DNA of 34,847 bases from an uncultured Nitrospina sp. (GTDB lineage: Bacteria > Nitrospinota > Nitrospinia > Nitrospinales > VA-1). Under the pieces are notes generated by a model that had not been told where the DNA came from, searched no databases, and saw only the letters and a list, made by a program, of their open reading frames with translations. The stretch is taken from assembly GCA_964564655.1 (NCBI GenBank), contig CAZMBO010000001.1, positions 1-34,847 of the forward strand. Direction: 5' to 3'. Below are positions 8,893 through 18,947 of the stretch, one piece after another. The position numbers and the translations under genes are program-made. Positions within the stretch are counted from its first letter, which is position 1. Every line of letters starts with the position of its first letter.

Positions 8893-9832
8893 TGGAATTA
8901 GCTTTTCCGTATTTACTTTCCAGATTCATTTGAAATTTCTTCCATGGAGCTTGAAGAGCAGGAACCAATTTTTCTTTTAATTCATTCGGAACGTAATTGA
9001 TTTTTTCAACGGGCCAGTCCTCTACATTTCTTATATCCAGATTTTCTTTTTTGTAAGGCCCTAATAGGGCTTCTTCAAACCCATAAACCAGGGCCGATGA
9101 ATATACAATATGGTACTGCTCTTCTATAATTTCCTCGGTATGCATGCCTTTAATAAATTTTTCGAATAGAGTGTTGATGATTGGCTCCGCATGCTCGACA
9201 AATTCGGAAGTTAAGGCTGGACGCAATGTAACATAAGTGATCAGCACGTCTTGAAGTAGAAACTTTAACTCTGAACTTTCCTTTTTTGGCGGCCGCGTAT
9301 TTATATTCAAAAGTTCTTTCAATGTTTTTATATTGCGGATCATATCGTATATGATGGATTCCTCCCAACTCGCCTTATTCCAGACAAAGAATGCGCGAAC
9401 ATAATTTGCACGTCCTTTGGTATCCCACATTTGCAATGCGGTGGTTGGGCGAATTTTGTTGGAGTAGGGGATCTTTTCACCCCATTTTGGGTCGACCAGA
9501 TTTAAGCCATAGCGCCCAAAAACCTCGGTAAAATTCTTTTGATAAAGCTGCATCAGCTTTTCAAAATTTTCTTTTTCATCTAGAGGGCCGTTTTGAGGGA
9601 GGCTGACTATAGAGTATAGGCGGACGACATTGGTTCTGGCCTCCCCATCATCTAAAGCTACCATATAAGACCCCCCCCACATTCCCGCGGAAATTGGGAT
9701 CTCCAGATTATGGATCTCCTTCATTTGAAGAGAAATGTGGGCCGCAAATTCTTTGAAAAGATTATGTAGGTAATAGAGATTGATGCGTTGGTTTTGAGAG
9801 TAGAGATGTCCGGGAAGAATTTTATAGTCCAT
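8885..9832 (-). CDS. Uncharacterised soluble protein, no family recognised, likely co-transcribed with ilvD
   Basis: 315-aa ORF that starts 5 nt after the ilvD stop. It has no TM helix or signal peptide. Its 3' end overlaps the convergent EB_dh gene by 8 nt. Confidence 0.6.
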   Translation of the reverse strand: MDYKILPGHLYSQNQRINLYYLHNLFKEFAAHISLQMKEIHNLEIPISAGMWGGSYMVALDDGEARTNVVRLYSIVSLPQNGPLDEKENFEKLMQLYQKNFTEVFGRYGLNLVDPKWGEKIPYSNKIRPTTALQMWDTKGRANYVRAFFVWNKASWEESIIYDMIRNIKTLKELLNINTRPPKKESSELKFLLQDVLITYVTLRPALTSEFVEHAEPIINTLFEKFIKGMHTEEIIEEQYHIVYSSALVYGFEEALLGPYKKENLDIRNVEDWPVEKINYVPNELKEKLVPALQAPWKKFQMNLESKYGKANSIN

Positions 9833-9837
9833 ATTTG

Positions 9838-11526
9838 CTAATCCGTGACGGCACCTCTACTGGCAGAGCTAACAACCTTGGCGTATTTTGCTAAAACACC
9901 CTTTTTGTATTTAATCTCTTTGGGCTTGAAAGATTTTCTTCGAGCTTCCAACTCTTCGTTAGTCAAATCAACATCGACTCTATTTTTTGCTATATCGATA
10001 TTGATAGTATCTCCATCATTTAATAATGCAAGATTTCCCCCTACCTGTGCTTCAGGAGCGACATGGCCGATAACTATTCCATAGGTTCCACCAGAAAACC
10101 GACCGTCCGTGATCAGTGCAACTTTATCGCCTAGTCCTTTGCCAACAATAGCAGCGGTAGGTGCCAGCATTTCTCGCATTCCGGGACCCCCCTTAGGCCC
10201 TTCAAAACGAATGATAATGACATCACCAGCTTTGATCTGGTCCTCAAGAATTGCATCGAGACATTCCTCTTCCGAATTGAAAACTTTCGCGGGTCCAGAA
10301 ATTTTACGAGTTTTTACTCCAGATACTTTTGCAACAGCCCCTTCGGAACAAAGATTGCCTTTTAAGACCACAAGATGTCCTTCTATTGACTTGGGTCGGT
10401 CAATGGGAAGTATGACATTTTGATTTGCAGAAGGTTGGTCGGGAACATCCTTTAAATTTTCCGCGACAGTTTTTCCGGTGACCGTGAGGCAATCTCCATG
10501 AATCATTCCTGCATTCAACATCATTTTCATCACCTGTGGGATTCCTCCAGCATGGTGCAAATCGACGGCAACGTATTGGCCTGAGGGTTTCAAATCACAA
10601 AATAGCGGAATTTTTTTACGTATGGATTCAAAATCATCGATGGTCAACTCTACATCGGCTGAATGAGCGATGGCAAGTAGATGCAGTACTGCATTGGTGG
10701 ATCCCCCAATAGCCATAATAACGGCGATGGCATTTTCAAATGCTTTTCGGGTCATGATGTCTCGTGGAAGAATATTTTGTTTTATCATGTTCATTAGTGC
10801 CTGAGCGCAGAGTCCGGTATTGAGTTCTTTTTCTTTATCCTCGTTGGCCATGGTTGAGCTATAGGGGAGGCTCATTCCCATTGCTTCGAATGCAGAGGAC
10901 ATGGTGTTGGCAGTATACATGCCACCACAAGAACCAAATCCAGGGCAAGCGTGTTTTTCAATTTCGGTGAGTTGATTTCTATCGATAGTTCCGGCCCCGA
11001 ACTGACCCACTGCCTCAAAGACACTGACAACGGTTAGGTCTTTCCCGTCTAGATGCCCAGGTTTAATCGTTCCACCATAAACAAAAATTCCGGGGATATT
11101 GAGTCTTGCCATACCAAGCATGGCTCCGGGCATGTTCTTGTCGCATCCGCCAATGCAAATGACTGCATCCATGCTTGCGCCGCGACAAACAGTCTCAATA
11201 GAATCAGCAATGACATCGCGACTAATGAGAGAACATTTCATGCCTTCTGTTCCCATCGAAATTCCATCACTAATGGTAATTGTGCCAAAAGTTTGCGGCA
11301 TTCCCCCTTCTTTTCGGATTTGATCTGCGGCAATGTCTGCGAGCTTTCCTAGACCGGCATTACATGGAGTAATATCGCTTTGACCGTTTGCTACGCCCAC
11401 TATGGGTTTTTGAAAATCTTCATCAGAAAACCCCACTGCGCGTAGCATTGCCCGATTGGGTGCACGTCTATCTCCCTGGGTAACGACTTGGCTTTTAGAG
11501 TTTAACGATTTAGAACCCTGCGACAT
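9838..11526 (-). CDS. ilvD: Dihydroxy-acid dehydratase
   Basis: 562 aa. [23 protein letters not shown], the [15 protein letters not shown] cluster region, and a C-terminal GHVAPEA motif. Confidence 0.95.
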   Translation of the reverse strand: MSQGSKSLNSKSQVVTQGDRRAPNRAMLRAVGFSDEDFQKPIVGVANGQSDITPCNAGLGKLADIAADQIRKEGGMPQTFGTITISDGISMGTEGMKCSLISRDVIADSIETVCRGASMDAVICIGGCDKNMPGAMLGMARLNIPGIFVYGGTIKPGHLDGKDLTVVSVFEAVGQFGAGTIDRNQLTEIEKHACPGFGSCGGMYTANTMSSAFEAMGMSLPYSSTMANEDKEKELNTGLCAQALMNMIKQNILPRDIMTRKAFENAIAVIMAIGGSTNAVLHLLAIAHSADVELTIDDFESIRKKIPLFCDLKPSGQYVAVDLHHAGGIPQVMKMMLNAGMIHGDCLTVTGKTVAENLKDVPDQPSANQNVILPIDRPKSIEGHLVVLKGNLCSEGAVAKVSGVKTRKISGPAKVFNSEEECLDAILEDQIKAGDVIIIRFEGPKGGPGMREMLAPTAAIVGKGLGDKVALITDGRFSGGTYGIVIGHVAPEAQVGGNLALLNDGDTINIDIAKNRVDVDLTNEELEARRKSFKPKEIKYKKGVLAKYAKVVSSASRGAVTD

Positions 11527-11540
11527 AAATAACTCCTCGG

Positions 11541-11591
11541 TTTAAAAAACAAATATCCTCATTTGAGAATAATAGTTGTACTTATTATGAG
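11541..11591 (-). terminator. Possible weak intrinsic terminator after the radical-SAM gene
   Basis: The minus strand reads CTCAT-AATAA-gtacaacta-TTATT-ctca-ATGAG followed by gatatTTGTTTTTT. The stem is AT-rich, imperfect and two-tiered. Confidence 0.3.
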
Positions 11592-11607
11592 ATGATTTTA
11601 ATCCGAA

Positions 11608-13245
11608 TTATATTCCCTGCTCTTCGATTCGATTCAATATGGGGCGATGAAAATACCCATCACCATTATTGGAATGCGAGATGGCGTAGTATACAGGATG
11701 TTCCATAGATTTTAAATGGGCCTGAGACCCGGAAATTTCAATTTTATGTTGAAAGGAAATGATCGGAGTTTTTCTGTCTTGCTTCCATGTTTTCCCAGAA
11801 ACAATGGACTTTTCAGATAAGAAATCGGGGAGACGGTAGGCCCTTTGGGAATAAAGGTAGTCGAGTTTCAATAGATCTTTGTTTTCAATCGAGGGGTTAG
11901 TGAAGAATGTTTGCTGAAAAATTTTGTATTGTTTATCCAAGGCAATTGGATTCATAAACAAATTGTTTGATTCATGGTGTTGAAGCAATCGATCAAACAA
12001 AGTGACAGGATCCATTTTTTGTAAAAGGTGGGCTATGGAAAACCGAAATCTTTTAGAATTGTAAAATCGGTCAAATATATCAGCGAATTTTTTTAAGTAG
12101 TCAACTTCTTCAGCGCTAAGTTCTTTATTGGAAATTAATTCATAGGGTGGTGTAGATTGATATTGGTATTCATGTGACTGGATCTTATTTTTTATGGGAG
12201 CACCGGGGAGAAATTTAAGAAATCCTAATTGCAGTTCATGGGGTCTAAGTGAAAGCACGTCTCTGAATGAGTTTAATATTTTCTCCATGTTCTCCCCAGG
12301 GAGACCAAAAATAAGGTCGCAATGAAAATGGATTCTATCTTGGGCCAGTAATGTTTTAATGGTGTCGAATAATTTTTGATTGTTCTGTTTTCTCTCGATA
12401 CTTTCCTGTACCGATTCGTCGGTGGTCTGAATGCCGATTTCGAATTGAAACATTCCCGGTGGAACAGTTTCAAGAAATTTTAAAATATCGGGAGTGAGGA
12501 TATCTCCGACGACTTCAAAATGAAACTCTGACCCGATGAACTGTGAGAGCCATTCCATAAGAGATTTCATTCGATCAGGTTTCAGGTTGAACGTACGGTC
12601 GACAAATTTTAATTTTTTAACCCCTGCATCAATCAGGTTTTTTATTTGATTGTATATTTGCTCGTCATCGAAGTAGCGCACTGTTTTATCCAATGCGGAT
12701 AAGCAAAATGAGCATAGGTAAGGGCAACCGCGTGATGTTTCGAAATATACGATACGGTTTTTAAGTTGGGAATAATCTTCTTTGAGGTAGGCAGGTTTTA
12801 GATCAGGAAGATCCGACCCATAAGTTTTCCAGCGATCCAGTAACTCCTTTGATGGAACCTCTCCCTGGTCAATTATCTGGAGATATTCCAACCATTTCTT
12901 TTCTCCTTCGCCGGAAATTACAGGGCAATCTGCCGATGTTTCTGTTTCAAATGAAACCTCAGGTCCTCCGATGACAATTTTTAAATTCGGGTTTTGCTTT
13001 TGTAGTCGTTCAATAAGTTCGAAGCTTTGGCTCCGGTTCCAGATATAAATGCCAATTCCTAAAATATCCGGTTTTAGTTTTTGGATTTCTGAGGCGATCT
13101 TCCAAACGGGTTGATTGATGACAAATTCTTTGATCCAAACGTTTTTGTGTCCTGCTTCTCGGGCTGCATTCCGGAGATACCGAAGACCCAGAGATGAGTG
13201 AATAAACTTGGCGTTTAATGTGACCAGCCCTATGGAACGTTGCAA
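11608..13245 (-). CDS. B12-binding-domain radical SAM protein with a DUF4080-like C-terminal region
   Basis: 545 aa. It has an N-terminal cobalamin-binding-like Rossmann segment, the radical-SAM CxxxCxxC motif in SRGCPYLCSFC, and a long helical C-terminal extension. The start codon is TTG, preceded by GAGG. Confidence 0.82.
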   Translation of the reverse strand: MQRSIGLVTLNAKFIHSSLGLRYLRNAAREAGHKNVWIKEFVINQPVWKIASEIQKLKPDILGIGIYIWNRSQSFELIERLQKQNPNLKIVIGGPEVSFETETSADCPVISGEGEKKWLEYLQIIDQGEVPSKELLDRWKTYGSDLPDLKPAYLKEDYSQLKNRIVYFETSRGCPYLCSFCLSALDKTVRYFDDEQIYNQIKNLIDAGVKKLKFVDRTFNLKPDRMKSLMEWLSQFIGSEFHFEVVGDILTPDILKFLETVPPGMFQFEIGIQTTDESVQESIERKQNNQKLFDTIKTLLAQDRIHFHCDLIFGLPGENMEKILNSFRDVLSLRPHELQLGFLKFLPGAPIKNKIQSHEYQYQSTPPYELISNKELSAEEVDYLKKFADIFDRFYNSKRFRFSIAHLLQKMDPVTLFDRLLQHHESNNLFMNPIALDKQYKIFQQTFFTNPSIENKDLLKLDYLYSQRAYRLPDFLSEKSIVSGKTWKQDRKTPIISFQHKIEISGSQAHLKSMEHPVYYAISHSNNGDGYFHRPILNRIEEQGI

Positions 13246-13357
13246 TTTAAACCTCGTTGTTAAAGATTAAATGCTATTTTCGCTAAAAAAGGAGCTAATA
13301 GGAAGTGCTAATTCCAAACTGTAATAGTGTGTTTCAATGCCCTTTTGCATATCCCCG

Positions 13358-14176
13358 CTAGAGGGACTGGCAGTGCTTGCAGAAAAAAGTGGAACGTCCG
13401 GTTTGAAAAAGACGTGAAATTGGGTGGGTGCATTTGGGACAAGGCTGACCTTCTTTGCCATATACAGATAGGTTTACCGAATAATAGCCTTGGGACCCGC
13501 TGGGATCAAAAAAATCTCGCAAGGTGGTGCCACCGCTGGCGATACTTTTGTTTAATACGTCCCGAAGGCATCCGATCCATTTCTCCCATTGAAGCAATGT
13601 GATTTTTCCGGCTTGTTTGGTGGGACGGATTCCCGCATGAAAAAGAGATTCGCAGGCATAGATGTTGCCAACACCAGTTATCCGCTGGGAATTCATAATA
13701 AAAGACTTCATGGTTGCCCGACTTTTTCTTGCCAAAACTTTCATGGTTTTTGCAGTCATATCTACAGAAAAAGGATCGCAGCCCAGGTTGTCGATCAATG
13801 GATGCTTGCCAGATTTCGGCACCCAGGAAATACTTCCAAAACGTCTAGGATCGACAAAGTGTAAATAGGTATTTGTAGAAAATTTAAAAATCACATGGGT
13901 GTGCTTTTCCCGAGGCTCAAAAGTTTGTTGGAGAACTATCCGGCCGCTCATACCTAGATGGAGCAGCATGGAACCCTCGGGTGCTTGAAATAAAAGATAC
14001 TTTCCTTTACGGGTAATGTCTGAAACTTTATGGTTGATCAATCCCTTTACCAGGGATTCCTCGGGAATAGGAAACCTGAGGGTCTTGCGGAAAAGTTTGA
14101 CCTCAGAGCAAGCTTTGTTTTTAACGAGAGGTAGTAGCGCCCGACGAAGAGTTTCTACTTCAGGCAGTTCTGGCAT
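13358..14176 (-). CDS. mutM: Formamidopyrimidine-DNA glycosylase
   Basis: Catalytic N-terminus MPELPEVE, H2TH region, and a C-terminal zinc finger CPKC...CKHC. Confidence 0.93.
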   Translation of the reverse strand: MPELPEVETLRRALLPLVKNKACSEVKLFRKTLRFPIPEESLVKGLINHKVSDITRKGKYLLFQAPEGSMLLHLGMSGRIVLQQTFEPREKHTHVIFKFSTNTYLHFVDPRRFGSISWVPKSGKHPLIDNLGCDPFSVDMTAKTMKVLARKSRATMKSFIMNSQRITGVGNIYACESLFHAGIRPTKQAGKITLLQWEKWIGCLRDVLNKSIASGGTTLRDFFDPSGSQGYYSVNLSVYGKEGQPCPKCTHPISRLFQTGRSTFFCKHCQSL

Positions 14177-14214
14177 CAGAAAAATAAGGTTTTGTAAGTC
14201 CTATGAATAATCAC

Positions 14215-14829
14215 TTAGGAATCTTCGGTTTCTTTTTTCTCGGCGGGTTTTTTTGCAATAACCACTTTGGCGGATCGTAGTATTCTTCCATTTAAGGTAT
14301 AGCCTTTGGAGTATTCCTGTATCACCGTATTTTCCTCATGTTCCTCAGATTCCTGTTGGTTTAAAACTTCATGAAGGTTGGGATCGAAAGGTTTCCCTAG
14401 AGCTTCTATAGGTTCGGCTTTCTGGTTTTTTAAAAAGGCAGTGAATTGTTTTTGTATCATCTCCACACCCTCTTTAAGACTATCAAGAGTTGCTTTTGGG
14501 ACTTCCAATGCCCTTTCCAGGTTGTCTTCTATCTGTATAAGTTCTTTGAGTAGACGTTCATTTGCAAATTGAACAAAGTCTTCTTTTTCTTTGATGAGTC
14601 GTTTCTTTAAATTTTCGAGCTCGGCTTTTTCTCGAAGGAAAGTGTCCTTCTGATTTGCTAATTCCTCGTCCTTCAAACGAATTTGTTCCTCAAGCTGCTC
14701 CAAAGGACTCAGTTCTTTTGCTTCCTCAATATTCTCTTCTTCGACTGAAGTTTCTTCGCTTTCTTGATCTACGTCTACAATTTCTTCAGGTTCTGCATCA
14801 TTTTGGTTGTCGTCGGTCTTTGTTGCCAT
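14215..14829 (-). CDS. grpE: Nucleotide exchange factor GrpE
   Basis: 204 aa. Acidic N-terminus, a long coiled coil (KDTFLREKAELENLKKR), and a C-terminal beta domain (FDPNLHEV...GYTLNGRILRSAKV). Confidence 0.9.
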   Translation of the reverse strand: MATKTDDNQNDAEPEEIVDVDQESEETSVEEENIEEAKELSPLEQLEEQIRLKDEELANQKDTFLREKAELENLKKRLIKEKEDFVQFANERLLKELIQIEDNLERALEVPKATLDSLKEGVEMIQKQFTAFLKNQKAEPIEALGKPFDPNLHEVLNQQESEEHEENTVIQEYSKGYTLNGRILRSAKVVIAKKPAEKKETEDS

Positions 14830-14838
14830 AAAACTTTT

Positions 14839-15897
14839 TTATACTCCCTGATTTTCAGATATTAATTTCGATACCTTTTGTGCGGTATGATTGACGATTG
14901 ATATGATTTTCTTATAGTCCATTCTTTTTGATCCAAATACCGCCAATGTTCCCACCTTTTCGTTGCCTAGTTGGTAGTTCTGGGCGATCAGGCTGCAGTT
15001 GCCCATTTCTTCTTGGAGGTTTTCTTGACCAATGAGAATTGTCATTCCCTCGTGATCTAAACATAAATCTAGCAAATTAATCAACTTGGTTTTTTCTTCA
15101 AGAGTTTTTAATAATTTTTTAATTTTTCCTATGTCCTCATTAAATTCAGGTTGGTCGAGAAGATTCAAGGCGCCCTGAACCAACAGTTCGTTATTGGTGT
15201 CTTCAAACAGAGCCGAAGAAAGGTCATGAGCCTTTTGCGCTAACTGATTGTAATGTTCTTTTTCGAGACGCACCCTGCTCAATAACTCCTTGCGGATCCA
15301 TTTAATAGGTTTGCCGCTGAATTCATCATTCAGGTAATTGGAAATAGAAGTGAGCTGGTTCTGAGTCAAGCTTGAATCTATAGGAAGTATTTTGTTTTGC
15401 AATATTCCTTGTTCTGAGAAAAATACCGCCAGAGCCGCTTGCGGTGCGACTTTTGTAAATTCAATATGCTTGAAACAAGTGGTGGAAAACCCTGGCAGCA
15501 TAACCAGCCCTGTTTGCTGAGATACTTTAGAAAGGTTGTCACAGGCACTTTCTAGAACACTCTGCAAATTATTTTGCTTTCCAGAGGGATATTCAAGGCT
15601 CTGGGCTTCTGATAAACTTTCTGCTTGCATTAGAAAGTTTTGGGGGCGTAGTAGATGGTCTACATAAAAACGATAACCTTTATCCGTTGGAATTCGACCT
15701 GCAGAGGTATGCGGTTGGCTTAAGAATCCACTGTCTTCCAAATCAGACATCGCATTTCTGATGGTAGCCGAACTTAAATGTTGGGGATGATTTTTTGCGA
15801 TAGTTCTGGAGCCGACAGGCTCGGCAGTTTCAATGTATTTATCGATGATTGCAAGCAGAACCGATTTACTTCGTTCATCAAGATTGAGTGAATTCAT
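14839..15897 (-). CDS. hrcA: Heat-inducible transcription repressor HrcA
   Basis: 352 aa. The winged-helix N-terminus ERSKSVLLAIIDKYIETAEPVGSRTIAK is typical of HrcA. It lies directly upstream of grpE. Confidence 0.93.
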   Translation of the reverse strand: MNSLNLDERSKSVLLAIIDKYIETAEPVGSRTIAKNHPQHLSSATIRNAMSDLEDSGFLSQPHTSAGRIPTDKGYRFYVDHLLRPQNFLMQAESLSEAQSLEYPSGKQNNLQSVLESACDNLSKVSQQTGLVMLPGFSTTCFKHIEFTKVAPQAALAVFFSEQGILQNKILPIDSSLTQNQLTSISNYLNDEFSGKPIKWIRKELLSRVRLEKEHYNQLAQKAHDLSSALFEDTNNELLVQGALNLLDQPEFNEDIGKIKKLLKTLEEKTKLINLLDLCLDHEGMTILIGQENLQEEMGNCSLIAQNYQLGNEKVGTLAVFGSKRMDYKKIISIVNHTAQKVSKLISENQGV

Positions 15898-15933
15898 AAT
15901 GGTTAATTTAAAATTAAGTTAATACTTTTATCT

Positions 15934-15962
15934 AAAGTAGCAATCGAGAATTTTAATGTCAA
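15934..15962 (-). promoter_or_regulatory. Candidate sigma70-type promoter for hrcA-grpE
   Basis: The minus strand reads TTGACA-17 nt-TACTTT, about 35 nt upstream of the hrcA ATG. The -10 element is weak. Confidence 0.3.
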
Positions 15963-16015
15963 TATTAACGAGACCTGGTTTGAGCCTCGTTTCCATTTAT
16001 TGACGTATATTGAGT

Positions 16016-16936
16016 TTAGCTAGAATTGGGGGAAGCGGTAAGATCTGGTTTTTTCTCCACAATCTGTGTTCCAATGCCATCTTCGGTAAAAATTTCTAGT
16101 AATAAGGCATGTTGAACTCGCCCATCGACGATATGAGTTTTATGTACCCCGGCCTTTAATGCATCCAGACAACAACTTACCTTTGGTAACATTCCGTCTT
16201 TGATGACTTTTTCTTTGATCATTTTTGTGACTTCTTTTTTGGTAAGTCCCGATTGAAGTTTGCCAGTTTTATTTTTCACCCCTTCGGTGTCCGTCATCAG
16301 AATAAGTTTTTCAGCTTTTAATGCAGAGGCAATTTTGGAGGCGACAAAATCAGCGTTGATATTTAAAGTCGTTCCATCTTTCCCTTTGCCAAGTGGGGCG
16401 ATGACCGGGACGAATTCATTTTTATCGAGAGTTTTAAGAATTCGTGGGTTCACCTGAGTGATTTCGCCTACCAGTCCAAGATCAATGATTTCGGGGCGGT
16501 TTGTTTCAGCTGATTGTTTTTTACCTTTTTTATGACGCTTCGCCATTATCAGATCGCCGTCTTTTCCCGTAATTCCTACTGCATTACCACCATGACGATT
16601 GATAAGAGAGACGATTTCTTTATTTATCTTTCCGCCAAGAACCATTTCCACCACGTCAATGGTTTCCTTGTTGGTGACGCGTTGGCCTTCGAAGAATTGC
16701 GACTTTATACCGAGTGCTTTGAGGGTTTTGTCGATTTGAGGCCCTCCACCATGAATGATCACCGGATTGATACCGATGTATTTCATCATCACAATATCTA
16801 AGGCAAAATTATCCTTAAGTGTTTCTGAAACCATGGCATTTCCTCCGTATTTAATAACGAAAGTTTTACCATAGAAGTTTTTGATGAAAGGTAGAGCCTC
16901 CAACAAAATTTCGGCTTTTTGAATAAGTTTTTTCAC
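16016..16936 (-). CDS. argB: Acetylglutamate kinase
   Basis: 306 aa. FVIKYGGNAM, VIIHGGGPQI, and INADFVASKIA. It starts 8 nt after the hslU stop. Confidence 0.93.
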   Translation of the reverse strand: MKKLIQKAEILLEALPFIKNFYGKTFVIKYGGNAMVSETLKDNFALDIVMMKYIGINPVIIHGGGPQIDKTLKALGIKSQFFEGQRVTNKETIDVVEMVLGGKINKEIVSLINRHGGNAVGITGKDGDLIMAKRHKKGKKQSAETNRPEIIDLGLVGEITQVNPRILKTLDKNEFVPVIAPLGKGKDGTTLNINADFVASKIASALKAEKLILMTDTEGVKNKTGKLQSGLTKKEVTKMIKEKVIKDGMLPKVSCCLDALKAGVHKTHIVDGRVQHALLLEIFTEDGIGTQIVEKKPDLTASPNSS

Positions 16937-16944
16937 GATAAAAA

Positions 16945-18363
16945 TTAAAGGATGTATCGGCTCAAATCTTCGTCTTGAATTATGTCTTTTAATTTTTCGC
17001 GAATATAAGAGGCATCAATTGTGATATTTTTATTTTCAAGGTCTGGAGCATCGAACGAAATATCTTCCAGGAATTTCTCCATAATAGTTTGTAGGCGACG
17101 TGCTCCAATATTTTCGGTTCGAAGATTGACTTGGGCCGACATTTCTGCAATCTGATCGATTGCATCTTCTTGGAAAGTCAAATGTACATCTTCAGCTTTT
17201 AACAGAGCTATGTATTGCTTGACCAGAGCATTTTTGGGTTCAGTCAAAATTTGAACAAAATCTTCTTTCGTGAGGGAGTCGAGTTCTACACGAATGGGGA
17301 AACGTCCTTGAAACTCTGGAATCAAGTCAGAAGGTTTGGATGAATGGAACGCTCCGGCAGAAACAAAAAGAATGTGGTCTGTTTTGACAATTCCGTACTT
17401 GGTATTTATTGAAGAGCCTTCTACAATAGGTAAAAGATCTCGCTGAACCCCTTCACGAGATACATCCGGTCCGCTTCCACCTTGACTCGAACGGCTGGTG
17501 ATTTTATCTATTTCGTCAATAAAAATAATTCCATTTTGTTCGACACGGTTTAAGCCTTCTTGTATCACTGAATCTTCATCTAATAACTTTTCTGCTTCTT
17601 CCTGGCAAAGTGTCTTAAAAGCCTCGGGCACCTTGAGCTTGCGTTTTTTTGTTTTGTTTGGCATTAGAGAGCCGAGCATATCTTTTAAATTGTTTCCCAT
17701 TTCTTCCATCCCCGCACCGGATACAACATCTATCATTGCAGGGCGCTTCTCCGCCAAATCGACCTCAACCTCCCGGTCATCAAGACTTCCGTCTTTAAGC
17801 ATTTGTTTGAACTTTTCTCGAGTTTGATCGTAATGCAATTTGCCGTTAGGATCAGAATTGAATCCTGTTTTTCCGGAATGTCCGGGAGGGGGAGGTAATA
17901 GCAAATCAAGTAACCGTTCGATTGCCTGTTCACGGGCTTTTTCCCTGACCTCTACTTGCATTTCTTCTTTAACCATAGTTTTGCTAAGCTCGACCAGATC
18001 CCGAACCATGGATTCGACATCTCGACCTACATATCCCACTTCAGTATATTTGGAAGCTTCCACCTTGATGAAGGGCGATTTTGCGAGTTTGGCGAGCCGC
18101 CGGGCTATTTCAGTTTTTCCAACACCTGTCGGACCGATCATGAGGATGTTTTTTGGGCCAACTTCATCTCGCAATGACTCCGGAAGTTGTTGTCTTCGCC
18201 AACGGTTCCTCAAAGCAATTGCAACAGCGCGTTTAGCATTGTTTTGCCCTACTATAAATTTATCTAGTTCCGCTACAATTTGCTTCGGAGTTAAAGAAGC
18301 CGTGGCCTGTCCATGCGGGTCTTTGGATTTTTTTTGAACCTGAGGCATTGACATTTCGTTCAT
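16945..18363 (-). CDS. hslU: ATP-dependent protease ATPase subunit HslU
   Basis: 472 aa. [17 protein letters not shown], Walker [16 protein letters not shown], Walker [10 protein letters not shown]. It has an N-terminal extension of roughly 20 aa relative to the E. coli form as I remember it. Confidence 0.95.
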   Translation of the reverse strand: MNEMSMPQVQKKSKDPHGQATASLTPKQIVAELDKFIVGQNNAKRAVAIALRNRWRRQQLPESLRDEVGPKNILMIGPTGVGKTEIARRLAKLAKSPFIKVEASKYTEVGYVGRDVESMVRDLVELSKTMVKEEMQVEVREKAREQAIERLLDLLLPPPPGHSGKTGFNSDPNGKLHYDQTREKFKQMLKDGSLDDREVEVDLAEKRPAMIDVVSGAGMEEMGNNLKDMLGSLMPNKTKKRKLKVPEAFKTLCQEEAEKLLDEDSVIQEGLNRVEQNGIIFIDEIDKITSRSSQGGSGPDVSREGVQRDLLPIVEGSSINTKYGIVKTDHILFVSAGAFHSSKPSDLIPEFQGRFPIRVELDSLTKEDFVQILTEPKNALVKQYIALLKAEDVHLTFQEDAIDQIAEMSAQVNLRTENIGARRLQTIMEKFLEDISFDAPDLENKNITIDASYIREKLKDIIQDEDLSRYIL

Positions 18364-18366
18364 GGA

Positions 18367-18894
18367 CTACAGTTCCTCAATCGTGAGGTTCGAGTTGGTA
18401 TAAATACAAATGGTCTCTGTAATTTTCATTGCTTCTTCAACAATTTCACGAGCAGAGAGATTGCTGTGGGTGACCAAAGCTTTGGCGGCAGAAAGGGCAA
18501 ACATTCCTCCTGAGCCTATAGCTAATATCCCATCGTCAGGTTCGATTACATCTCCCGTCCCCGATAATAGAAGGAATTGGTCTTTATTGGCCACGATGAG
18601 CATTGCTTCAAGTCGGCGTAGCATTTTATCTGTTCTCCAGTCTTTGGCCATCTCGACTGCAGATCTGTAGAGGTTCCCTTGAAACTTCTCTAATTTTTCT
18701 TCAAAGCGACCAAATAGGGAAAATGCATCCGCGGTTGAACCAGCAAATCCTCCAACGACTTTATCATTAAATATTCGCCTTACTTTACAGGCGGTGTGTT
18801 TCATTACCGTATTGCCAAGACTCACCTGACCATCCCCGCCGATAACGATTTTGCCCTTATGACGGACAGCTAATATTGTAGTTGCATGCATCAT
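18367..18894 (-). CDS. hslV: ATP-dependent protease subunit HslV
   Basis: 175 aa. [22 protein letters not shown], and GSGG. Four residues (MMHA) precede the Thr-Thr. Confidence 0.95.
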   Translation of the reverse strand: MMHATTILAVRHKGKIVIGGDGQVSLGNTVMKHTACKVRRIFNDKVVGGFAGSTADAFSLFGRFEEKLEKFQGNLYRSAVEMAKDWRTDKMLRRLEAMLIVANKDQFLLLSGTGDVIEPDDGILAIGSGGMFALSAAKALVTHSNLSAREIVEEAMKITETICIYTNSNLTIEEL

Positions 18895-18947
18895 ATTGAG
18901 TATTGTACTTGTAACTCAGAAAAAATAAAAATTTTATTCGAAGGAGA

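Noticed and set aside
13303-13311. AAGTGCTAA, an 8/9 match to the right half of the CIRCE operator, in the mutM / radical-SAM spacer.
   Set aside because: No matching left half (TTAGCACTC) occurs at the required 9-nt spacing. The neighbouring GCTAAT copy is a direct repeat, not an inverted one. It is not upstream of a chaperone gene.
17840-18337. A 165-aa plus-strand ORF inside hslU. Similar long antisense ORFs lie at 3554-3994 (in dnaE), 10109-10423 and 11053-11352 (in ilvD), 30385-30771 (in the polyprenyl synthase gene) and 25565-25894 (in aclA).
   Set aside because: Each lies wholly antisense to a gene with strong, motif-supported identity. Their translations are low-complexity (Ser/Pro/Arg-rich) and lack ribosome-binding sites. 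These are typical shadow ORFs.
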